Shown in pieces: positions 1-8,759 of a DNA stretch of 64,000 nt. Source of the stretch: Corallochytrium limacisporum Hawaii (taxonomy: Eukaryota; Protista; Pluriformea); contig PDIP01000001.1 of assembly GCA_002811645.1 (NCBI GenBank), forward strand, positions 62,001 through 126,000, given 5' to 3'. The stretch's first letter is position 1. Every line of letters starts with the position of its first letter. The position numbers and the translations under genes are program-made. The notes beneath the pieces are model-generated. The model did no database searches. It had not been told where the DNA came from and was given only the letters and a program-made list of their open reading frames with translations.

Positions 1-206
1 TAAGCCCCAGTTTTGCGACAACAGCAAGGGGGGAGGGGGGAGGGGGCCTCCCAGGTGTGTGCGTTCCGGCAAGGAGCGATGGGTACGGACGGCTCGCAAG
101 GGGCACGAAACTGGCTTTTTTTAGTGGTGTATGGGGCTCCCGTGGAGTAGGGAGTGGGAATTGAGGATGAGGTACTTCAAGATGTTAAAAATGTTTGTAC
201 CCAACT

Positions 207-1064
207 ATGGTCCCGAATCCGAAGACCTATGGTTGGGTGATGTGGACTATGGATGTATCGTTCGATAGCACGACATGGTGTTTCGTCCATGCCAGCATAT
301 TTGTAGGCAGTCTGTACGTGACTGCTAGGGGTCAAGGAGAGTCGCGGAATAGCATCAATGTGATCCGACGGCGATCTGTTGCCGTGCTCGTGTCATGCGG
401 AATATCATTTGCCATTATGGCCTACACAATTGACCAAGGTAGCATGAGACAGACGGCCAAGGACGCCGGTTTTCTCACCGCAGATCCTTGGAGGCTTGCT
501 CTCCCTCTGCTATGGTTCACGGCCTTGTTCCTGGGGCCCCTTGTCCAATTGATTCTGGACGAGGGCTCTCTCTGGGACAATGCAGACCTACCCAACAATG
601 AGCAGGAACTATATATCTGCATTCGCAATGTAATCACTGCACCTTTTGCCGAGGAATGGGTGTTTCGGGGGATTATGCTGCACACATTGGTACACGACGG
701 ATTTGATCTATCTCAAGCATGCTACATTGCGCCATTGTTTTTCGGGTTTGCGCACGTTCATCATGTGTATGAGAAAGTATATGTGGACAAGACAACTTGG
801 CATCAGGCTCTGGCTGGTGCATTTGTGCAGTTTGCGTACACGTTCCTGTTCGGTTGGATCTGCAGCCATGTCTATATTGCCACCCATTCTTTCTGGGCCT
901 GCTTCTTGGCCCATGCGTTCTGTAATTTTATGGGGCTTCCGGACTTTGGTTCCGTCCCACAGCATAAACATCGCCTTTTGGTTATTCCTGCGTACGTTAC
1001 TGGGCTCGCGGTGGCAGTCGGGACATGGAATGATGTCATGAACCCGGGCACGTACACCAGTTGA
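207..1064 (+). CDS. RCE1: CAAX prenyl protease 2 (Rce1, type II CAAX/CPBP family)
   Basis: Motifs APFAEEWVFR (EExxxR), FFGFAHVHH and HAFCN, plus several hydrophobic segments. First in-frame ATG is 207; ATGs at 240 and 249 are alternatives. Confidence 0.93.
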   Translation: MVPNPKTYGWVMWTMDVSFDSTTWCFVHASIFVGSLYVTARGQGESRNSINVIRRRSVAVLVSCGISFAIMAYTIDQGSMRQTAKDAGFLTADPWRLALPLLWFTALFLGPLVQLILDEGSLWDNADLPNNEQELYICIRNVITAPFAEEWVFRGIMLHTLVHDGFDLSQACYIAPLFFGFAHVHHVYEKVYVDKTTWHQALAGAFVQFAYTFLFGWICSHVYIATHSFWACFLAHAFCNFMGLPDFGSVPQHKHRLLVIPAYVTGLAVAVGTWNDVMNPGTYTS

Positions 1065-1245
1065 TAGGGCAGATTGCATTGCGGTCATTAGGGATTCATT
1101 TAGCACAGCCAATATGTAAAGAAACTTCAATTCAAAACTGTGACCTCCACGCCTCGGCAACGTTTTCCTCTATGCCTGCGCGTGCAGTCTGATGGATATC
1201 ATGACATCCATAAGTTGCCACACTGGCTGGATGTCCGGCACTACT

Positions 1246-1572
1246 GCACCACTCAACAGCACCCTCCATTGCTGCGGTAGTTGCTAATGTACGGATCGGA
1301 CTGTGCAGACAGTTCTCGGACAGCACACTTTGTTCTTCGACTTGGAAGTAAACAAGACTGAGCCGATTTGCGTACAGCCCGTTGTCAAGCGAGCAAAGCC
1401 TAACCATGTTTCGTTCAACGTTGCAGATCCCATTATTCTGGTCGGAGATGATCACGGAGCTGTCAGCTCACTGAAGTTGAGCCCGAATCTTCGCAGAGAT
1501 TGGACGAAGGCTGGGGACAAGGAAGCAAACATTGAGCGGTTCCAGCCTTTCCTGGATGCTCTGAATCTCTAA
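1246..1572 (+). pseudogene. DNAI1: C-terminal relic of axonemal outer-arm dynein intermediate chain (DNAI1/IC78-like WD40)
   Basis: [54 protein letters not shown] resembles the recalled DNAI1 C-terminus (FDLAINKYEAIC...[21 protein letters not shown]). Upstream APLNST and IAAVVAN lie in different frames. There is no room for the ~600 aa N-terminal part. Confidence 0.7.
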
Positions 1573-1703
1573 AGAAGACTCTTGACTAATGGCTTCTTGA
1601 AATAAATGATGAGACTATACAAATCAAGTGCAAAAGCTGGAAGTTCCTTCCTACAGAAATATCTAGCTAATGTGTAACCGGTAACATTCTAATTCAAACT
1701 TGG

Positions 1704-2009
1704 TCAACCTTTCTGGTTCAGGGGTGGCATTCGTGCACCGTGATATGTTACAAACCGCTTTGTCTTCCTCTGTAACATATAGAATTGGTACAAATTTTCG
1801 TTGGCTCTGTTGTAAATCCGCTTGCTGTTTTCGTGATCCTGGTTGATACGAGCCCGTCGAGGCGTCACATAGAATTTCTTGAAACGAAGTCGCTCCAAGA
1901 CTTTCTCTTCTCCCAGTTTCTGCATAGACTGACGAATAGTTCCTGTAACTCGAGAGCCCATTGCCCCTGGAACAATGAATGTCCTGCTCATCCACTGGGG
2001 CAGCGACAT
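1704..2009 (-). CDS. MRPS21: Mitochondrial ribosomal protein S21 (bS21m)
   Basis: Basic 101 aa protein. SRTFIV...LERLRFKKFYVTPRRARINQDHENSKRIYN matches the bS21m pattern (ARTVMV...RRYYEKP..RR.R..YE..RRIYN). Confidence 0.72.
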   Translation of the reverse strand: MSLPQWMSRTFIVPGAMGSRVTGTIRQSMQKLGEEKVLERLRFKKFYVTPRRARINQDHENSKRIYNRANENLYQFYMLQRKTKRFVTYHGARMPPLNQKG

Positions 2010-2763
2010 CGTCCGTGACTACTAAGTATCCTAGAGCCCGTTAGATCGATTCAGCGAATCCCAAACCAAATTCACACTACGGTACAGGCTCTCATCTGAC
2101 CACCGTACTAAAGTAATATAGTAACCTGGGGAATGTGTCAGTGGTCTAGAACACGCTGCGTGACGTCCATACTGATGTACCTCGACAGTGTGTCCGTCGA
2201 GAGAGCGACCCAACCCGGTGCTGCAGCTCTCCAAAACACCAATGCGAAAGTCAGTAATACGCATGACTCTGGCCAGGAATTATTGATCAGAAAATTACTC
2301 GTGGTGTTTATTTGCACTGAAAGTACGGAGACCATAATGAAGTACTATGCTAACTAACTACAACAGAGCCTGTCGGTACCGTGTAGGATTCCATCCCCCC
2401 TCCCTTGTGGCCTATTGTCAGTATACCACAGTACAGCGGTGCGTGCGTGTCTGGTCCACATGGGTGCTCTCCAGTGCGGGGGACCGCCCCACCCTTCACT
2501 GCCGTAGATCCCGGGCCCAAGCAGCCACACAGACCCAGGTACTGTCTGGCTGAGGCAAAAGGGATCGTTGACGACTTGCAAGTTGAATCGATTATATGAA
2601 TTGTATTGGTGAGCCGGTTTCTGACAACAGACTAACCTCTCCACTTTGATACTCTAAGAGATAGAAAGTTGGATATTTAAGGGGAGTAGAGCATTATCTC
2701 CAGAAGGAAACAGAGTCTTATTGGACAGCAGCATTCGCGTTGTTAACAACAGATCGTTCAGTT

Positions 2764-3405
2764 ATGTCTTTCCGTGGTAGAGGTGGCCGCGGAGGCGGCG
2801 GTCGTGGAGGCCGTGGTGGTGGCCGCGGAGGCGGCTTCGGTGGCCGTGGTGGCTATGATCAAGGACCTCCTGCCACTGTTGTGGCCATGGGTGAAATGAT
2901 GCACGCCGTCGAGGGTGAGATCCTGTGCAAGTCTGTACACGAAAAAATCCCTTACTTCAATGCTCCAATCTATCTCGAGAATAAGAGCCAGGTTGGCAAG
3001 ATTGAAGAAGTTCTGGGTGGAGTGAACGATGTCCACTTCACCATCAAAATGAGTGACGGTATGCAGGCCACTAGCTTCAAGGCCGGTGATAAGTTTTTCA
3101 TTGGCGATGACAAGTTACTCCCATTGGATCGTTTCCTGCCCAAACCTGCTGTTAAGGGACCCAAGAAGAAAGGTGGCGCTGGCGGTGGCCGTGGTGGTGG
3201 TCGAGGTGGGGGTCGAGGTGGTCGTGGAGGCCGTGGTGGCTTCGGAGGTGGCTTCGGAGGCGGCCGAGGTGGAGGCCGCGGTGGAGGCCGTGGCGGAGGC
3301 TTCGGTGGCGGTCGTGGCGGAAGCCGTGGCGGCGGCTTTGGTGGCCGTGGTGGAGGTCGTGGTGGCGGCTTTGGTGGCCGTGGTGGAGGTCGCGGACGGT
3401 ACTAA
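2764..3405 (+). CDS. GAR1: H/ACA snoRNP subunit Gar1
   Basis: RGG/GAR repeats at both ends flank the core GPP...[25 protein letters not shown]...[12 protein letters not shown]. Confidence 0.98.
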   Translation: MSFRGRGGRGGGGRGGRGGGRGGGFGGRGGYDQGPPATVVAMGEMMHAVEGEILCKSVHEKIPYFNAPIYLENKSQVGKIEEVLGGVNDVHFTIKMSDGMQATSFKAGDKFFIGDDKLLPLDRFLPKPAVKGPKKKGGAGGGRGGGRGGGRGGRGGRGGFGGGFGGGRGGGRGGGRGGGFGGGRGGSRGGGFGGRGGGRGGGFGGRGGGRGRY

Positions 3406-3689
3406 AATCGGTGGAAAATCAAACATTCTCTGATTCTTAAAAACATTCACAACACAATTTCACCCGGCGTATCGCTGCCTGCCTACACATTCCTTTTCAT
3501 CATGTCCAACCCTCATATTGATATAGAATATATACTTCAAAAAAAGTTTAGACTCGTCTCTCAGATTGTGGATGACAAAGCATGTCCGTGACTTTGGATG
3601 ACTGATGTATTGACATTTCAACTATGTGGATGGATGGACTACACGGTGACGTCTAGGCCTAAAATATTTTGATATTGAGGACAGTTGCA

Positions 3690-4811
3690 CTAGAATCCTC
3701 CAACGTTCTGCATGCGAGGGCGTTCCATGGCAATTTCATCTCCATGCTTCATCTCGGGTTCATCCAAAAGTTGCTCGATTAGAAAGCGCTTGCCAAAATG
3801 ACCACCAGAGAAGTATGTTATAGTGTCTTCTCGACCCAGCAGTCGTCGGGCAATTTGGGATGGGGTAAGTCCTTCATCTGCCAGGGCCGCAGACTGACGC
3901 TTCAGAGTTTCAAGATGAGTAATTTTGGTACGAAGAGCAGATATACCCTCATCGATGCGGCCTCGGTGGGCACAGAATAGTACAGCAGGGTATACATCGA
4001 TGCTGAAGGCGGAAGGTCCAGCGACGTGGTCGAGGAGGTTGCGCAGGCTATGCAAAAACTCCAAGTAGTTCTCGTCGCACCTGGCAGTTTTCACATTCGC
4101 ACCAACATAGAGATCACCGGTGAAAATGATGGACGGCCCAGCACCCACGCCCCCCCGAGTGAGAACCATACAGTGGTGGTCATCGCAGTGTCCGGGCGTG
4201 CGATGAAGCTGAAGATGTAGTCCACGATCTCCACGGGGGTCGCTTAGCAGGTGGACGTCACCATGTTCCCATACTGCGTCAGGTGCAAACGGTTCGGGTC
4301 GCCCAAAGAGGAACTTTCTATAGGGATGGATGTTCAATCCATGATAACCTAGAGTGGAGGTGCTCTTGGCACTATCCGCAACAATTTCTGCGGTATGCTC
4401 AGGAGTGATGATCTGTATGTGCGGAAACTCTCGCTTGATGTTTGCTGCATTCCCACAATGATCTTCGTGGTGATGTGTGATCATGATCCGCTCAATCTGG
4501 GGCCTTGACTTGATATAGTTTCGTACTGCCGACCATGCCACTACAGGTCCTGTGTCAATCATGGTCGTTCCATTTACAAGGAAGGTGTTCACTGTCGGCT
4601 GAACACTGATATTGAGCCACCCAAACTGTGCGATTTCAACACGGACTCTATCTTCCTTATCATAATCATGCTGGTCGACAACCGGTCTACTACCCAGAGA
4701 GGGTAGGACCACTTCGACAAATTCTAAGCTCACCGTTCTCCATGGCGGGTTGAATGGACTCCTTGATCTCCGGATCGCCTGGCGCACTCCGCTCACAAAT
4801 GGAGTTGCCAT
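3690..4811 (-). CDS. Metallo-beta-lactamase-fold hydrolase
   Basis: IDTGP, THHHEDH (HxHxDH), TPGHCDDH, FTGDLY and FCAH motifs. Confidence 0.88.
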   Translation of the reverse strand: MATPFVSGVRQAIRRSRSPFNPPWRTVSLEFVEVVLPSLGSRPVVDQHDYDKEDRVRVEIAQFGWLNISVQPTVNTFLVNGTTMIDTGPVVAWSAVRNYIKSRPQIERIMITHHHEDHCGNAANIKREFPHIQIITPEHTAEIVADSAKSTSTLGYHGLNIHPYRKFLFGRPEPFAPDAVWEHGDVHLLSDPRGDRGLHLQLHRTPGHCDDHHCMVLTRGGVGAGPSIIFTGDLYVGANVKTARCDENYLEFLHSLRNLLDHVAGPSAFSIDVYPAVLFCAHRGRIDEGISALRTKITHLETLKRQSAALADEGLTPSQIARRLLGREDTITYFSGGHFGKRFLIEQLLDEPEMKHGDEIAMERPRMQNVGGF

Positions 4812-4871
4812 TGTGAGCCATTCCTCTCTCTACTCACAGAACCGAATTTACTGCGAGTGGAAAGGTTTTGC

Positions 4872-5705
4872 TTAGACTAGTTGTTGCATGTTGGTTAGAA
4901 TAAGTACCCGCCACAGATGGTATTGCCTGGGTTCCTTTCGTTGTCTCATCTTCGTCATCTTCCGTAGAAGGGTTGCGGGTCCCGGCTCTACCGGTACCCG
5001 GGGGAGCGCGTTGAAATCTCCGACAGAAGAACTCAAAACATTTTCTATACTGAATGAACCGTCCTTCCTCCCCATTAACGCTGACCTCCGTGCGGAAGCA
5101 ATTTTACATGGTAGTGTCCGCCCAATCGGCAGAGTTGCGGGTCTCTGACAAAGGCTTGTGACCAGCACGTCAAGGATTGTCCCTGTGTGTACGGCTACAC
5201 AATCGACATCGGCCGACGAAAAGGTCCCAGCCCTTTCCTGAGCCTTATAGAATATCGGAATAGTTGGTAACGAATCATTGGCGAATGAATTAATGGAGAG
5301 AACATGAGTTCCACTTGGCAGCTCATCCACTGCAGGTATACATACTACAAGGCGTCCATTTGCAGCCAATAAATGTATTTTCTCACCAATGCACCTGGCT
5401 GCGCACGCGGTGTCGCTTTTACAACGCAGCGGGCGTCGCCTGACAGAAAAATTGTCCACACTTTTCGGCCTCCAAACTCTTGTGTTAAAGTACGACCGTT
5501 GGAATAAATCCTGCTGGCGCCCCCCTCCCAATTGCTATATTGAACGCCCTGGAGCAGCTCTTCTCATCCAACACTGCTGCTTGGCCCGAGGCGCTGGTGC
5601 ATACTTTTTGGGTTGTGACACTGGGCTGCACTCTCTCGCTGATGAGAACTCAAGAATTCCCCGCTGAGCTCGAGAAAAAACTACAAGGCGAAATTTGCAG
5701 TGCAT
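4872..5705 (-). other. Long ORF of unknown function interrupted by one in-frame TAG (possible pseudogene or readthrough gene)
   Basis: ORFs 5535-5744 and 4872-5531 share a frame and are separated only by TAG-CAA. No recognisable domain. Confidence 0.25.
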
Positions 5706-5906
5706 TGCTTTAGCCCCTTCCGTAGGCGCAGAGAAGAGATCCAAATTATCGGATGGCTGAGCGCGAAAAACTTAAACCCCGGCCGCCAGTACCGCGCTCT
5801 GTGCACCTCAAAAGCTGGTGAGTCTTCGGGACTCTATATATAGGGGAACACGAGGTTAACGACGCTGCCGAGGGGTTCAGAGAGTCGTTTGGATGCTCCA
5901 TAGTCT

Positions 5907-6523
5907 TCATTCGTCGCCAAGGCCGCGTTCGAGACGTTGCTCCTGGGATTCCTGTCTGGTGGGAAGGATACACTTCCAGTCAGAGATACATTGGAGTAAT
6001 TCCTGCTGACCTTTGGTGAAATCCTTCAGTGCCTTGCCCCAGGAAACTGGCCCATTGCCCTTAAGGCCTCGGCACACTTCCCAATTGAAGCCCCTGATCA
6101 TGCCCTGCACCCATTTATCAACACTGTGAAACTTAAGACAGGCAGTGCGCAGAGTTTCCACCTCTCGCAGGCCATCCTTCTGGTACTGTTCAACGGTCTC
6201 CAGAAACAGAACCAGCTCTTGTTTCTCCGCGAGGTCGTGGCGCTTGGCATCCAGAATTGTCAGGAGTCTATTATTTTCGGCTGGTACAAACTCTGTTAAT
6301 TCAACTGCCTTGATTGCCTTGGCATGCGGGTTCACACCTCTCTATACTTACTCTCTTCGTCCAAGATGTCACTGTCCAAGTCACGAATCTGAAGTCTCAA
6401 GTCACTGATTCGGTGATCTAATTCTTCTGACTCTGCCTCTGCCTTCCTCAGTCTGTCCATTAGTTGAGATGCCTCAGACCGGAGAGTTCCTTGGACATGC
6501 GTTCTCTCTGTGGAAGCCGACAT
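5907..6523 (-). CDS. Augmin subunit HAUS2/AUG2-like protein, two exons (6523-6352, 6304-5907)
   Basis: A predicted GTAAGT...GCAG intron (6351-6305) joins two ORFs in frame. The coiled-coil product has ENNRLLTIL, TVEQYQKD and FNW...PVSWGKAL, resembling recalled HAUS2/AUG2 segments. Confidence 0.5.
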
Positions 6524-6844
6524 ACTGCCGAAGGATGCCCTTCCGTTACCGATTATTGGAAATCTGTACATATTGATCAGTCGCTATGTTTTACGATAAT
6601 GTACTGCAGTAGCTTCAGAAGAATTTGTCACGAAGGTGGTTTCTGTGTGTCATCAAGCAGCTGAACACAAACATGTCCTCGCATGTATCAAAGAGATCCC
6701 AGTGCACTTCAGAATTGTTTGAGACCCACCCCTGTCCTGAGTCCTAAGACCCTCCGTGGTACGGGCAAGGAGAGGGAGACTAGGCAAAACGGCTTTCCAT
6801 AATGCGGTTTGAGTAGCGGTTTATTGCCATGGGGCTTTGAGTTA

Positions 6845-8215
6845 TCATTCGGTCTCGGGCCTTAATCGCTTTACTGCAGCACCTTCACCATTCTCCGTGG
6901 CCTCACGTTTGCGAGGATCTTTTCCGGACGAATCTAACGCATACGACATTGGGAGGCGGAATGACACACAGGTCATGTTTTTGCTTGGAGAAACATCTCT
7001 CACGTCATGAACATTCTCAATGTAGCCATCCAAACTAATGCCCATGTGTTCTTCACATTTCTTGATGGACCGCTGCTTCAATACCTCGTCTGTTTGACCT
7101 GGTTCGATAAACATGTAGCAATGAATCATCGGTCCCTGCTCTCTCTTTTGATTGCCAGTACCCACAAATAATCCCTTAAAAGCTGACAGGAAAGTCACTG
7201 CACTCGCCGGAAGATTCATTGTGACGTGTGTCATTGGCACATCCCTCACTTGCCATAAGAATTCAGCTGCATCCAGGTTATATGCATGAACTTTCTCCTG
7301 CGCTCCTCCTTTCAAGTTGCGCACAACATTCTGTAGCATAGCTTTGTAAGATTCCTCATTCAGATCGTTGGCGTACACTGTACAGTGTCTGAATTTCACA
7401 GCTGGCACAATGAAAGGCCCGACACCTGCCATCATGTCCACAAGTACATCATTTTTCCCAACTTGCCTCCAGAGGCGAGCATGCTCAGTGTGCAATCGGG
7501 AATTCCAGTATGCTCGATTGAACGGTACTGTAAAAATGCACCCACTCTCTTTGACCTCGGCATCATAATCAGGTTCACCAGCCAGTAACTCCATCTCAAA
7601 GAATCGAAATTTAGTGTTGATGTTGGAGGTCTTGTTCACAATCGTCCGCACTCCTGGCGCAAATTTTTTCAGGAGTACTTCCCCTATCATACTCTTGTAT
7701 GGTAATAGCTCCGTTCGCAAGTTCAAGTGAATTATGTGACCCACTTGTTCATAGCCTTTGGGAATTTCTATGTCCTGCGGAAGAAATGCCCGGAAAATTT
7801 GATGCGCTGAGTAGTGCTCGATATCGAGGTCGACTGTGGTAGAATTTCTCCGGATCTTGTCGTCTGGTATCGTCAGCGTTGTGACTTTTTCGGAACTCAA
7901 TATCTTTGCGATATCTGCGCCCGGGACAAGCTTGATGCTCCTAAGATCGGGAAGACTTCCACCGGCAACAGGAACGATCTTCGGCACCTTCAAAACATGT
8001 CCCGAAAGCGCCTTAACTAAATCATTTGCATGCTTTTTCTCGACTTCAAGTACTGGGATCTCTACCTTCTGCTTCAACAGGCTCGGTTCGTATTTGCCAG
8101 TGCCAATAAATGGTGGGTCAATAGCACATGCCTTGTCACGTAGGTTCGCCATATCGGTAGCTCTTCGAAATCCTAGTAGTATTTCTTCGATCTGACGCCT
8201 CAGAGCCCTTATCAT
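6845..8215 (-). CDS. TRM5: tRNA (guanine37-N1)-methyltransferase Trm5
   Basis: GHIIHLNLR, FRFFEMELLAGE, YWNSRLHTEH, DMMAGVGPF, ANDLN, MNLP and VRDVSPSK motifs. Confidence 0.97.
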   Translation of the reverse strand: MIRALRRQIEEILLGFRRATDMANLRDKACAIDPPFIGTGKYEPSLLKQKVEIPVLEVEKKHANDLVKALSGHVLKVPKIVPVAGGSLPDLRSIKLVPGADIAKILSSEKVTTLTIPDDKIRRNSTTVDLDIEHYSAHQIFRAFLPQDIEIPKGYEQVGHIIHLNLRTELLPYKSMIGEVLLKKFAPGVRTIVNKTSNINTKFRFFEMELLAGEPDYDAEVKESGCIFTVPFNRAYWNSRLHTEHARLWRQVGKNDVLVDMMAGVGPFIVPAVKFRHCTVYANDLNEESYKAMLQNVVRNLKGGAQEKVHAYNLDAAEFLWQVRDVPMTHVTMNLPASAVTFLSAFKGLFVGTGNQKREQGPMIHCYMFIEPGQTDEVLKQRSIKKCEEHMGISLDGYIENVHDVRDVSPSKNMTCVSFRLPMSYALDSSGKDPRKREATENGEGAAVKRLRPETE

Positions 8216-8759
8216 AGTATCATTGTAGGGCTACTGCTTGCTGTGACGGTTTTCTGCCGCCTTATCCTTTTAGATCATCCTGCTACTTTCAATAGTGATG
8301 GTGTGTTTCTCAACAGTATCATCATAAGCCTACAAACCCCCAGGTACACTCCTTTATACCTCCACCCTACTCTAGGTGACCACGCGAATCCGTGTTTGGG
8401 TAGGGGTCCAATAACCGCAACGAGGGTACCTCCTGGTAGAAACCCCCTCCCTCCCCTTGCTAGTCGAGAGACCCGCCCTGGTCTCCTTGATCAGCGAGCG
8501 GTCCGAACTCTAATAGGTGGAAAGCATTCTATTGCTGTGCATTTCTTCGTGTGTTCCCGGGTTCAAAAGATATTTTAGGCAGTAGTAAGCGTCCCCATTG
8601 TTTAGCTGGTGTCTGAGAGAAGCCAATAGAACCACTGAAACACGGGAGAAGTTGACAGGATCGGATCCTCTCGTACACCTCATTTGAGGGCAATTTATAG
8701 GGCATTGTTCATTAACAGAAAGGGGCCGGACATGAGCCTTCCTTGGAGTAATTTTGAAC

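Noticed and set aside
3053-3450. Ala/Val- and Thr/Ala-rich ORFs overlapping GAR1
   Set aside because: Shadow frames of the RGG repeats.
6305-6351. Programmed frameshift between the overlapping ORFs 6332-6571 and 5907-6335
   Set aside because: No slippery heptamer; a canonical GTAAGT..CAG intron explains the join.
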